Notes: generated by a model not told the origin, from the letters alone. Shown: positions 37,719-46,891, counted from the first letter of the stretch. The stretch is 64,000 bases of DNA from Bacteroidota bacterium (GCA_005799025.1 SYHX01000055.1:21641-85640); one strand, 5' to 3'. Translations and numbers: made by a program.

Positions 37719-39473
37719 GTGAAATCTTCCACAATACATCTTTTGCCTCAATGGCTTTGGGATAACGGGATACGCCATGCAATCCTTTGTCCTGGTTCGC
37801 GGTCTGCCCCCTTGACCCTGGCCATTGCGCGCAGTGGATTGATGGAAATTTTCACCGGGGTAGATGAGCGATCTGCGGGCTTCGCGGCGCTAGGTCTGGC
37901 CTTGGGAACCGGTAGGCCCGTGGTGGTGGTTTGTACCTCGGGCACGGCCTTGCTCAATCTTGGACCTGCTGTGGCAGAGGCTTTTTATCTACGTTTGCCG
38001 TTGGTGATCTTGAGTGCGGATCGGCCAACCGGATATGAGGGTCAACAACGGGGACAAGTGATTCGGCAGGATGGAGCCTTGGCTCATCATGTGCGGGCTT
38101 CTCATCGTTGGGCGCCAGATGAACCGAAATGGGATCTTACGAGTTCCGAAAAATTATTCAAGCAAGCCTTAACTACAGCGACAATCGAATGCGGTCCGGT
38201 GCATATCAATATCCCTCTTGATGAACCGCTCTATGATATAGAAGAACAAGGCTTATTCCGTAGCGTCCATTCTTCACATAATGAAGACAAGAGCCCTTAC
38301 AGTCCCCCTCTTCTTACGCCTGTTCCAGTAGAACTTCAAAACGAAATCCTACATGTACTGGCTCAAGGTAAAAAGATTTGGTTTCTTGCAGGAATGGCAA
38401 GCCCCGATGAGGGTGTACAGGCCATTCTCAAGGATATCGAAAATTTGGGGAAGTCTTGTCTTTGGCGCGAGGATTTGGCGAACCTCAAGGTTGGTTTACC
38501 CGTTCGGGACGAATGGTTTAGGACTTCACCTGTCGACCCTCCCGAGCTTTTGATTTCTTGGGGTGGGCCTTTGGTTTCCAAGCATTTATTATTATTTCTG
38601 CACAGAAATCCACGATTCAAGCATTGGCGAATCGACCCACGAGGGGATGAAATTGACACCTACAGCCGTCTGGACGGAGTCTGGCAAGCCAGCCCGCAAT
38701 TCGCCCTGAAAAATATCAAAAAAATTTTTTGTGATTTCTTGCTAGAACATCCTTCCGCTACAGGTCTTGAGGTTACAGGTTTTGCATCCGATGAATCCTT
38801 TTCCGCTCCAAAACCTTCGGTTATGAAGTCAGAAAACGCGGTGCTGGATTTCGATATGTTAATGCGTGATCGCTACCACAACCTTCCTTTCTCGGATTTG
38901 CTGGCGCTATCTGTCGTCCTGCCCTTTTTGAAAAACAAGAGGGTACATTTGGGAAATTCCAGCTTGTTGCGCAAATTCTTGTCCTTGCCCTGGGACAAGG
39001 ACCAAATCAAGAGCATCCACTGCAACCGTGGGACTAGCGGAATTGAAGGCAGCATCTCGACCGCAATCGGTGAGGCATGGGCCCATCCTGACGATTCCGT
39101 TTGGATTTTGAATGGGGATTTGGCTACGGCCTATGACGCAGGTGCCTGGTTGTTGGAGCCACGGCCTTCGGTCAAAATGGTAATTCTCAACAACGGAGGG
39201 GGAGATATATTTAGGCAGCTCCCGGGTGCCTCGATACAACCTGAATGCGAGACATTGTTTGCCACCCCACGAAGTATGGATTGGTCGCCCTGGTGCCAGG
39301 GATACGGCCTGCCGCACCGTTTAACCACTGACTTGAATTCGCTACAAGACGGCCTGAAGTGGTTAGCAGACCTGGTTGGAACCGGTGTTTTGGAAATTAA
39401 AACGAGCCCATTTTGGAACCGTCAATCCGAATTCATCCTTTGCGAACGGATTGAGCCTACTTGCAAGGATTGA
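37719..39473 (+). CDS. menD: 2-succinyl-5-enolpyruvyl-6-hydroxy-3-cyclohexene-1-carboxylate (SEPHCHC) synthase
   Basis: ThDP enzyme: ILCPGSRSAPLTLAIA, VDERSAGFAALGLA, and the Mg/TPP motif GDLATAYDAGAW...LNNGGG. The likely start is GTG at 37719. Confidence 0.9.
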   Translation: MKSSTIHLLPQWLWDNGIRHAILCPGSRSAPLTLAIARSGLMEIFTGVDERSAGFAALGLALGTGRPVVVVCTSGTALLNLGPAVAEAFYLRLPLVILSADRPTGYEGQQRGQVIRQDGALAHHVRASHRWAPDEPKWDLTSSEKLFKQALTTATIECGPVHINIPLDEPLYDIEEQGLFRSVHSSHNEDKSPYSPPLLTPVPVELQNEILHVLAQGKKIWFLAGMASPDEGVQAILKDIENLGKSCLWREDLANLKVGLPVRDEWFRTSPVDPPELLISWGGPLVSKHLLLFLHRNPRFKHWRIDPRGDEIDTYSRLDGVWQASPQFALKNIKKIFCDFLLEHPSATGLEVTGFASDESFSAPKPSVMKSENAVLDFDMLMRDRYHNLPFSDLLALSVVLPFLKNKRVHLGNSSLLRKFLSLPWDKDQIKSIHCNRGTSGIEGSISTAIGEAWAHPDDSVWILNGDLATAYDAGAWLLEPRPSVKMVILNNGGGDIFRQLPGASIQPECETLFATPRSMDWSPWCQGYGLPHRLTTDLNSLQDGLKWLADLVGTGVLEIKTSPFWNRQSEFILCERIEPTCKD

Positions 39474-39567
39474 AAGATTAGGCTAAACATTGAAGCGACT
39501 CTATGCGTTAAACTTGCGCTTCTGATCCTAGAGATCATAGTGAATTATAATTTTCGATAAATCATCC

Positions 39568-40395
39568 ATGAACAAACGCGCCTACACCTGGTCTACCCTG
39601 GCTCCGTTCGAAGAAATTAAATTTGAACTCTGCGATGGGGTCGGCAAAATTTCGATCAACAGGCCCGATAAACACAACGCCTTTACCCCGCTTACGGTTC
39701 AGGAAATGTCCCAGGCGATGGAAATTTGCCGCCAAGACCCGCGCATTGGTGTTGTTGTCCTCACTGGTGAGGGGGGGGAGGCCTTCTGCAGCGGCGGAGA
39801 CCAAAGCGTAAGAGGCCACGGGGGCTATGTGGGCAAAGACCAGGTGCCCCGACTCAATGTGCTGGACTTGCAAATGCAAATTCGTCGAATCCCCAAGCCA
39901 GTCATCGCCATGGTTGCAGGGTGGGCGATTGGGGGAGGTCATGTGCTCCACGTGGTTTGTGATTTGACGATTGCCGCCGAAAATGCGCGTTTTGGACAGA
40001 CCGGGCCCAAGGTGGGAAGTTTCGATGGGGGATTTGGGGCTTCCTATTTGGCCAGAATTGTTGGGCAGAAAAAGGCCCGCGAAATCTGGTACCTCTGTGA
40101 TCAGTACAACGCCAAAGAAGCCTTGGAGATGGGCCTCGTCAACAAGGTGGTTTCCTTGGAAGACTTAGAAGAAACCACCATGGCCTGGACCCGGAAAATC
40201 CTTGCCAAAAGCCCCCTTGCGCTCCGAATGCTCAAAGCCTCCTTCAACGCAGAATTGGATGGGCAAGCCGGGATTCAGGAACTGGCTGGCAATGCCACCC
40301 TCCTCTATTACCTAAGCGACGAGGCCAAAGAGGGCAAAAACGCCTTTATCGAGAAAAGAGAACCTAATTTTGATCAATTTCCTAAATTTCCCTAA
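39568..40395 (+). CDS. menB: 1,4-dihydroxy-2-naphthoyl-CoA synthase
   Basis: Crotonase fold with the MenB-typical [63 protein letters not shown] and C-terminal [14 protein letters not shown]. Confidence 0.95.
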   Translation: MNKRAYTWSTLAPFEEIKFELCDGVGKISINRPDKHNAFTPLTVQEMSQAMEICRQDPRIGVVVLTGEGGEAFCSGGDQSVRGHGGYVGKDQVPRLNVLDLQMQIRRIPKPVIAMVAGWAIGGGHVLHVVCDLTIAAENARFGQTGPKVGSFDGGFGASYLARIVGQKKAREIWYLCDQYNAKEALEMGLVNKVVSLEDLEETTMAWTRKILAKSPLALRMLKASFNAELDGQAGIQELAGNATLLYYLSDEAKEGKNAFIEKREPNFDQFPKFP

Positions 40396-40955
40396 TGTTA
40401 ATCAAATCCCTTCTTGTCGCTAGCCTCGGCGTAACCCTGGCCTGCGTTTCACCTGACAACCCACAGCAAAACGCCTTATCCGATGCGCGTTTTCACGAGC
40501 TAACTTTTTTGGACATCCAGGGCAAATCCCGCAGTATGTCGGAGTTCAAGGGGCGCTATATCCTGGTGGTCAATACAGCCTCAGAATGCGGCTATACCCC
40601 GCAATACAAGGACCTACAAGCGCTGCACCAACAATTTGGCTCCAAAATCACGATCATCGGCTTTCCTTGTAACGATTTTGGGGGGCAAGAACCCGGGGAC
40701 GAAAATAGCATAGCGGGCTTTTGCGCCAAGAATTACGGTGTTGAATTCCTGATGGCCTCCAAAGTCCAAATCAAGGGCGAAAACAGGCACCCCGTTTACA
40801 ATTGGTTGATGAGCAAATCCCTGAACGGACTTTCTGATGCAGATGTTCGCTGGAATTTCACTAAATTTTTGATCAGTGGTGAGGGTCAATGGATGTCATC
40901 GTTCCCGTCTTCCGTCTCCCCGCTAGACCCCCAAATCACCAAACAGCTCCGCTAA
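40395..40955 (+). CDS. Glutathione peroxidase (Cys-type) lipoprotein
   Basis: Lipobox (VTLAC) followed by the GPx motifs LVVNTASECGYT (Cys rather than Sec) and FPCNDFGGQEPG, plus a WNFTKFL-type motif. Its start overlaps the menB stop (TAATG). Confidence 0.9.
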   Translation: MLIKSLLVASLGVTLACVSPDNPQQNALSDARFHELTFLDIQGKSRSMSEFKGRYILVVNTASECGYTPQYKDLQALHQQFGSKITIIGFPCNDFGGQEPGDENSIAGFCAKNYGVEFLMASKVQIKGENRHPVYNWLMSKSLNGLSDADVRWNFTKFLISGEGQWMSSFPSSVSPLDPQITKQLR

Positions 40956-41012
40956 AGGGATAAGCGTTTAAGACCGACTGCGGGCCAAGGAGTCTGCTTG
41001 TTTGCAGGGGCA

Positions 41013-41375
41013 ATGAGAACCCTGCTTTTACATTACACTGCGCTTGCCACAGCGCTATCGACAGCCCAAGTCTGGGGCCAGACCACAATCCATACACCGC
41101 AAGGCGCTCTTGGGGTATCAGCTCAGGTACGATCCCTGCGCCAATTCTATTGGATTCGCGAATTGCCACCCCATGACGAAACCCCTGGTAACGGAAGAAT
41201 GGGCTACTTCGGCAGCGAAACACCCATTACTCTTCTTTGGAGAAAAGGAAATGAGGCGATTTTAAGGGCCCAATGCCTTCATCCCAATGCATGGTTTAGC
41301 GAACCGGCAGAAAGCCCTATAGATTCATTGCTGAAGAAACGTGTTCATTCCACGATTCAATTGGAAATCGAATGA
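41013..41375 (+). CDS. Hypothetical small secreted protein (first gene of putative pilus-like locus)
   Basis: About 120 aa with a signal-like N-terminus MRTLLLHYTALATALSTAQVWGQ. Its stop overlaps the next ORF's ATG (ATGA). No recognisable domain was found. Confidence 0.35.
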   Translation: MRTLLLHYTALATALSTAQVWGQTTIHTPQGALGVSAQVRSLRQFYWIRELPPHDETPGNGRMGYFGSETPITLLWRKGNEAILRAQCLHPNAWFSEPAESPIDSLLKKRVHSTIQLEIE

Positions 41376-41926
41376 GGGTTTGGGTTTTCTTGCTTATTAT
41401 GTTATGGCATTGGACGGGGGGGGATAATTTCGCCCTCGCCCAAAGAGGGACCGTGCGAGCGCGTATCATGAACGGTTATGCAGGATTGATTTTTGATCAG
41501 GTTGGAACTCCCATTGTCAGCGGAAATCAACAAAGCTACAGCATCGCAATTCATGATTCAAGGACCCTGGTACTTGAAATCGCAGCCCCGGCCAGGACGC
41601 CTTTAATGATTCAAATTCAGCCTGTTACCGAGGTCTGGAACTATTCGGCTTTACCACCCACTTCCATTCCTTTTGTTTGGGAAGCGGCCTTCTGCAACGA
41701 AGGCATTAACGATGAAAGGATGGCAAGGCGTCAAGCTATTCCATTAAATACCAATCAAAATATTTTTCAATTTGAAATGGGTGATTACCAGAACATTCCA
41801 GGTAATCCTGAACCCGTTGAAAACCAGATCAAAGCCTTTTTATATATGTGTGGTCGCTTAGGCCCAGTAGGCCAGGTTACCCCTGGTTATTTCGCCAATT
41901 CCATGAATATCGAGGTTTGGTATTGA
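41372..41926 (+). CDS. Hypothetical secreted protein (candidate minor pilin-like subunit)
   Basis: Clear signal peptide MRVWVFLLIMLWHWTGGDNFALAQ, a beta-rich composition, and the aromatic C-terminus ...NIEVWY. Confidence 0.4.
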   Translation: MRVWVFLLIMLWHWTGGDNFALAQRGTVRARIMNGYAGLIFDQVGTPIVSGNQQSYSIAIHDSRTLVLEIAAPARTPLMIQIQPVTEVWNYSALPPTSIPFVWEAAFCNEGINDERMARRQAIPLNTNQNIFQFEMGDYQNIPGNPEPVENQIKAFLYMCGRLGPVGQVTPGYFANSMNIEVWY

Positions 41927-42015
41927 ACCGCGCCTTAAGCACTCGATATTCATAACACTTTATTAATTGCCCAACCAATCACCTATTTTTTTAACACTTA
42001 ACCCCCCATCCACCC

Positions 42016-42603
42016 ATGAAAAAGACCCTAACAACCAAAAACCTCATGAGCATCAGCCTTGTTGTATCAATGCTTATGGCCCATAGAATGTATGCTCAGA
42101 ACACAGGCGTCATCAACACCAACCTCAATGTTGGTGCAACCGTCCTAGCTCAACTCAAATTAACCAACAATGCGGATGTTCAATTTGGCAATCTATCTGC
42201 GACAACTCCCGGTCATGTTTTCCTATCGCCCACAGGAAGCGGCCACACCAATACCGGGGTCAGCACCTCGGTTGGCAAATTCACGGTGGAAGGATCTACC
42301 ACCGGCTCAGTCAAAGTCACATGGCCTGCCAACATTTCTCTCAACTCCTCGGTAGGAGGCAATACGTTGGTTTACAATTTACAGGTCAACGGAAATGGAA
42401 GCGACCTGGCCTCTGGATCCACCATCCTTGGAACCGGAGGCCTTGGGGTAGCCTCCACGGCAGATATTACCCTTGTGGCCGGCAAATACTACCTCTATGT
42501 AGGGGGAAAAATCGGAGGCAACGCCGGCAGCCCCGCCAATCTCAATGCCCAAGGCATAGGGGTTTATTCCGGTATCGCCAATTTCAGAGCAGAGTACAAT
42601 TGA
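42016..42603 (+). CDS. DUF4402 / spore-coat-protein-U (SCPU)-like secreted protein (candidate major pilin of archaic chaperone-usher system)
   Basis: Signal peptide ...AHRMYAQ. The mature region is low-complexity and rich in G/T/S/N/V with alternating beta pattern (...DVQFGNLSATTPG..., ...LGTGGLGVASTADITLVAGKYYLYVGGKIG...) and ends GIGVYSGIANFRAEYN. This matches my recollection of DUF4402/SCPU family architecture. Confidence 0.5.
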   Translation: MKKTLTTKNLMSISLVVSMLMAHRMYAQNTGVINTNLNVGATVLAQLKLTNNADVQFGNLSATTPGHVFLSPTGSGHTNTGVSTSVGKFTVEGSTTGSVKVTWPANISLNSSVGGNTLVYNLQVNGNGSDLASGSTILGTGGLGVASTADITLVAGKYYLYVGGKIGGNAGSPANLNAQGIGVYSGIANFRAEYN

Positions 42604-42615
42604 TCCTTTCACCAC

Positions 42616-42650
42616 CCCCCTCCTCGGTTGGGTGGAGGGGGATTTATTTA
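42616..42650 (+). terminator. Rho-independent terminator / attenuator hairpin after the DUF4402-like gene
   Basis: An 8-bp all-G/C stem cccccTCC / GGAggggg (42616-42623 paired with 42634-42641) encloses a 10-nt loop (tcggttgggt) and is immediately followed by the T-rich tract atttatttaaat. Confidence 0.5.
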
Positions 42651-42683
42651 AATAAAAAAACTATATATCAAAATACCATCATA

Positions 42684-43550
42684 ATGAACAAAATTATTTT
42701 AGTCATGAGTCTTTATACTGTATCGAATTGGTGCAAAGCGCAGGTGAGTATTGCTCCTACGGGTATCTTGCTGGACCATCAAGGTCAAGGTACCGTCTAT
42801 ATTGGAAACACGGGCAATCAAATCCAGGAAGTTCGTATTCAATTTCTATTCGGGTATCCTGTGCAAGATTCCTTGGGTGAAATTCAAATGATCTATGGCG
42901 ATACGATTCGAGAAAAATCCCATGGACTAGGAAATTCTATCAAAGCCTACCCCTCAGCTTTTACGTTACAACCTCAATCGCAACAAATGGTGAGGCTTCT
43001 TTTGAAGGAACGTCACTTCCGTGAAGAAGGTCTTTACTTCAGCCGAATCAAAATTACCTCTCAAGCAGCAGTGGGGGAGGCTGGAACCATCGACACTGCG
43101 ATGGTAGGCACGAAAGTTGCCTTTCGCTTTGAACAATTCCTGCCTGTGTTCTTCCAAGTTGGCCAACCTGAACCCGATCTTCAGGTATCCCCTCAATCCT
43201 TGCAATCGGATTACCGACACGGAGCTCTACGCTTTGATTATCAATGCGCAAGCAATTCTCCATATTTGGGACAACTGCGTTACCGACTCGTTTCAGCATT
43301 AGCCAATTCATCTACAAGCAACGTTCCTGAACCCTTGGCTAATCAAGAAAAAGTCACAGCATGGAAGGAAATGGAAATTGCATTGTATTTCAACGGTAAT
43401 CGCCGTTGCCTTTTGGCGTGGCCCAACACCCTAGAATCAGGGAAGCACTGTCTTGAACTTGAATTCCATCGAGGGCGCAGTGATTTTCCAGCGCTTGGTG
43501 CTGGAAAGGTTCCTAATTATCGGGGTAAAGTTCACTTTGAATTGCCATGA
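42684..43550 (+). CDS. PapD-like periplasmic pilus chaperone (putative)
   Basis: Signal peptide MNKIILVMSLYTVSNWCKAQ. The mature N-terminus VSIAPTGILLDHQGQGTVYIGNTGNQIQEVRIQF parallels the first-strand region of PapD/FimC/CsuC chaperones (V-S-[LI]-x-[RP]-T-[RG]-[VI]-[IL]...T[LV]x[IV]xNxG). At about 288 aa it is consistent with two Ig-like domains. The first 120 aa of track ORF 42321-43550 are an out-of-frame overlap artefact. Confidence 0.5.
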   Translation: MNKIILVMSLYTVSNWCKAQVSIAPTGILLDHQGQGTVYIGNTGNQIQEVRIQFLFGYPVQDSLGEIQMIYGDTIREKSHGLGNSIKAYPSAFTLQPQSQQMVRLLLKERHFREEGLYFSRIKITSQAAVGEAGTIDTAMVGTKVAFRFEQFLPVFFQVGQPEPDLQVSPQSLQSDYRHGALRFDYQCASNSPYLGQLRYRLVSALANSSTSNVPEPLANQEKVTAWKEMEIALYFNGNRRCLLAWPNTLESGKHCLELEFHRGRSDFPALGAGKVPNYRGKVHFELP

Positions 43551-43560
43551 AACGGAAACG

Positions 43561-46299
43561 ATGTGCAGTACAGAATGTCTTACCCTATGTTATTTTTTAT
43601 GTTCCACTCCCTACGATTCGTTGTCCAATTCCATAAGCCCTCGAGATAGCGTAGAATATCAAGTCTTGGCAAGCTACTCCGGTTACCCTGCAGGTTGGTT
43701 GACCCTCCTCAAAACAGACCAAAGATATTGGTTTCCCCTGAATCTTTGGCTTGAGCAGAGTGGATTTGCGTATTTTCATCCGCTACATAACCAATCCTTT
43801 CACCGATTGCGCCTGCGGAACCCTGTTGATCACAGGATTGGGCAATTCCAAATTGGGGGATACTCTCCCCTGCAATCCAAACCTTGGAAAATATACCATA
43901 GATTCCAGAATATATCTATGAAAAGCAACCCATTGAAGGAATATTTCTTTGATCACCGTCAAACCATATGGGTGAGCAACCATTGGATAGCGTTGCAGTA
44001 CGGCATGGCCACCAAATTCAATGAACCCGCCTTGGAGCTTGATTTTTCGGGGAAGGTCGAGGCGCCCGTAAAGGAATGGAACGATTACCATGCTCGATGG
44101 CTCAAGATAAATGCCATAAAATCTCCGACCCTATTAAAGGATTCGATGGATATTCATCGACCAAAAACAGAAAGTAAATCGATAGAGATTTCTACTTGGT
44201 CTGGACGGTATGAAATCCATTTCCAATCAGGGAAGTTCAACTCCAATATTCAATGGGATGCAGTGGGGCATCTAGGCAAGATTGGTTTTAGGGCCTTTGG
44301 AACTGCCAATGCCATCTTAGAAAGATCGACCAACATTCCAAATTATGAACCAAGAAATGCCCTCACTACAAGGAATACAAAAATAGAATGGCCCAGCCTT
44401 GAACTTGAATGGGCATGGGGATCGCAACAACAAATTAACCTTATTATTTCACCTGCTTCAGTGTCAAGTTTCTGGAAAATAACAGGAGGAAATACGCTTA
44501 TGAGTAGAACGATTGGCTTTGAAGCTCCAAAAGGGATTCATACCCGGCGATGGAAACCTCCCACAGCAATGAGTGAATGGTCTTTCAACCATGGTCCTTT
44601 CATGAATCACCCGCATTTTCCAATGACCACCTCACCCAACGCGAGTAAAGATCGTCTTGATGAAACCAAGGATCTTGTTCCTGTTGCTCTACTCCCCGGA
44701 AGCAACCAAATTGATTATCGGTACAAGAATGCATGGGGAGGAATCTCAAATCGCAGCTTGTTGTGGAATATTCCCGGTTTGATGATACCAGAAGGCCGCT
44801 GGAATTATCGCTATGAATTTTCTGCACCTCTACGGATAAGTGGTATCGTTGGCTACGGCTTAAGGCCTTCTTTAAGTCTTCAATCGGAAGCCATTGTTCA
44901 GCCGGCCAAGGATACAGGCAGAAACCTAGAATGGGATGTCAAAGGCTCCGCCATCTGGACGGCAGGACGAATATTGTATGGACAAAGCCAATATACTGTA
45001 GGCCACGACAATCAAAAATGGGAACAACGTCTTCATTTCTATTTTAGTCAAAGCCTGCAAAGCTCACTCCATTACCAATCATACACCTACTCATTTGATC
45101 CCAAACCAATTGGCGAGTTCTTGAATCTATCAGGACTTTGGATACTCCCAAAAGGTTACGGTCTCAAAATGCTACGTCTTGAATATCCTCTCATGAAGCT
45201 AATTCGGCCCCAACTTCGTCACGAGTTATACCAAGCTATCCTACAATTCGAGGGATGGGGACAGCAATGGCTTTGGCAAATTCCTGAGCACCGTTTATCA
45301 TGGCAAGGAAGAATCCAGCTCAAAGCACCCTCCCTTACCCTGGTATATCAGGCTATCGCTCACCAAGAGGGTTGGCAAGCGTTCGTACAAGGCCACCTGC
45401 GAGGGGGCCACCACTTGGGCGTTTCGTACTCTTTGAACAGGCAGAATACTTCCAACAGGCTCCCAACGACGCAACCAAAGGCAGGGAATTGGGCCTTGGA
45501 ATGGAAGTGGGTGGGGCTTCAAAGCAGCCGATCAGTGCGCGCGCTCCTCAACCGCGAGTCTTCACGATTGGAATACCATGGGCAATTCACCTTATCTCGC
45601 AATAATAACACACTGCCTATCAGCGCGACTAACGGATTAGCGTTGATTCTTCTGGATTTCTACGGAGACCAAAACGCCAATGGAACCAAGGACCCTGATG
45701 AAAATACACTTGATGCATATGGTGCTTTTGATTTGCCCGCGGGAATACCTTACCAATTGCTGGTCAATGGTTCAGCGCTGCTCGGTCCTTTCCCAAATTA
45801 TAACCATGTACGCATTCGGCTCACCCCCCATCATATGCGCAGCCCCGGATGGATTAGCGATCATCTTACAATGGAACTTCATTCCATTCCAAACTCTACC
45901 ATCAAATACCAAATTGCCTTGTTACGAGGTCGGCAAATTTTCGGTACACTCACTTTGGGCAAAATCCCTGCATCCACCATGTCTAATTCCTTGTCAACTA
46001 ACCCCGGAGGAATCCGAATTTACGTCCAACGTTGGGATGAAGGGCCATTATTGGAGTCTTGCCTAAGCGACAGCACGTCTAGCCCCGTATCCCATTCCTG
46101 CAAGCAAACCCTAACCCTTAGCGATGGGTATTTTGAATTCAATGACCTTAGGCCCGGACTCTACAAGGTTTGGGTGGATTGTTCTACCCTTCGCCGATTG
46201 GGATATTCAGGCCATTGTTCTCCGCAAATTCTAGATCTACACCAAGAAGAATCCGTTGAGGTCAATTTTAATTCACCACTAACCTTGGATATTCCCTAA
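43561..46299 (+). CDS. Large beta-rich outer-membrane usher-like protein (putative pilus usher)
   Basis: About 912 aa, located immediately after the chaperone, which is usher-like in size and position. It is aromatic-rich with alternating beta-strand patterns throughout, and its C-terminus has a CarboxypepD_reg / Ig-like beta-sandwich (GYFEFNDLRPGLYKVWVD). The start is uncertain: the ATG at 43561 has a weak signal peptide, and the reading frame stays open upstream to 43453, overlapping the chaperone. Confidence 0.4.
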   Translation: MCSTECLTLCYFLCSTPYDSLSNSISPRDSVEYQVLASYSGYPAGWLTLLKTDQRYWFPLNLWLEQSGFAYFHPLHNQSFHRLRLRNPVDHRIGQFQIGGYSPLQSKPWKIYHRFQNISMKSNPLKEYFFDHRQTIWVSNHWIALQYGMATKFNEPALELDFSGKVEAPVKEWNDYHARWLKINAIKSPTLLKDSMDIHRPKTESKSIEISTWSGRYEIHFQSGKFNSNIQWDAVGHLGKIGFRAFGTANAILERSTNIPNYEPRNALTTRNTKIEWPSLELEWAWGSQQQINLIISPASVSSFWKITGGNTLMSRTIGFEAPKGIHTRRWKPPTAMSEWSFNHGPFMNHPHFPMTTSPNASKDRLDETKDLVPVALLPGSNQIDYRYKNAWGGISNRSLLWNIPGLMIPEGRWNYRYEFSAPLRISGIVGYGLRPSLSLQSEAIVQPAKDTGRNLEWDVKGSAIWTAGRILYGQSQYTVGHDNQKWEQRLHFYFSQSLQSSLHYQSYTYSFDPKPIGEFLNLSGLWILPKGYGLKMLRLEYPLMKLIRPQLRHELYQAILQFEGWGQQWLWQIPEHRLSWQGRIQLKAPSLTLVYQAIAHQEGWQAFVQGHLRGGHHLGVSYSLNRQNTSNRLPTTQPKAGNWALEWKWVGLQSSRSVRALLNRESSRLEYHGQFTLSRNNNTLPISATNGLALILLDFYGDQNANGTKDPDENTLDAYGAFDLPAGIPYQLLVNGSALLGPFPNYNHVRIRLTPHHMRSPGWISDHLTMELHSIPNSTIKYQIALLRGRQIFGTLTLGKIPASTMSNSLSTNPGGIRIYVQRWDEGPLLESCLSDSTSSPVSHSCKQTLTLSDGYFEFNDLRPGLYKVWVDCSTLRRLGYSGHCSPQILDLHQEESVEVNFNSPLTLDIP

Positions 46300-46307
46300 A
46301 AACAAAC

Positions 46308-46853
46308 TTATGGGTTCGACTTTTGAAGCCAAGCCTGCCATCCCTTCGCTTGCAATTCATGATCCTTGGCGGTGATATCGTCGTGCATTTTCTGTTTGTA
46401 TGCTTGCATGGCGGTAAATAAAGTGGGGTTGGACGTGGCCAAAATCTGAACAGCGAGGAGACCTGCATTGGCTGCACCATTGACGGCTACGGTTGCTACC
46501 GGAACCCCCATAGGCATTTGCAGAATGGACAAGAGGGAGTCCCATCCATCGATAGAATTGGACGATCGCACCGGAACCCCGATGATCGGTAACGGCGTCG
46601 AAGCGGCCAACATACCAGGCAAATGTGCAGCCCCTCCTGCTCCGGCAATCAAAACCCGAAGGCCCCTACTGGCTGCATCCTTGGCGTAGGTTGTCATGCG
46701 ATCGGGGGTTCGATGGGCAGATAATACATGCAATTCATAAGCTACCCCAAAAGATTCCAAGACCTCCGCCGCTTGGCGCATGATTTCTAAATCCGAGGTA
46801 CTTCCCATAACAATGGCGATAAGTGCTGGCGATGAGGTAGGGTCTGGATTCAT
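46308..46853 (-). CDS. purE: 5-(carboxyamino)imidazole ribonucleotide mutase
   Basis: IAIVMGSTSDLEIMRQAAEVLESFGVAYELHVLSAHRTPD and AGGAAHLPGMLAASTPLPIIGVPV. Confidence 0.95.
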   Translation of the reverse strand: MNPDPTSSPALIAIVMGSTSDLEIMRQAAEVLESFGVAYELHVLSAHRTPDRMTTYAKDAASRGLRVLIAGAGGAAHLPGMLAASTPLPIIGVPVRSSNSIDGWDSLLSILQMPMGVPVATVAVNGAANAGLLAVQILATSNPTLFTAMQAYKQKMHDDITAKDHELQAKGWQAWLQKSNP

Positions 46854-46891
46854 AGCGTTTGGTTAGGTAGAGGGTTAAGGGCTCTTCAAAA

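Noticed and set aside
39474-39567. 94-bp menD-menB intergenic region as possible structured RNA/terminator
   Set aside because: There is only a weak, imperfect inverted repeat (gatcctagagatc) and no T-tract. It is probably just a spacer with a ribosome-binding site.
42321-42683. 5' 120 codons of track ORF 42321-43550 (MACQHFSQLLGRRQ...)
   Set aside because: This part overlaps the DUF4402-like gene in a different frame, is Arg/Gln/Pro-rich nonsense, and runs through the terminator hairpin. The real gene starts at ATG 42684 with a clean signal peptide.
43453-43560. Upstream extension of the usher-like ORF (start at 43453, MNLNSIEGAV...)
   Set aside because: It would overlap the chaperone gene by ~100 nt and lacks a convincing signal peptide. 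The ATG at 43561 just after the chaperone stop is preferred, but the true start (possibly non-ATG) remains uncertain.
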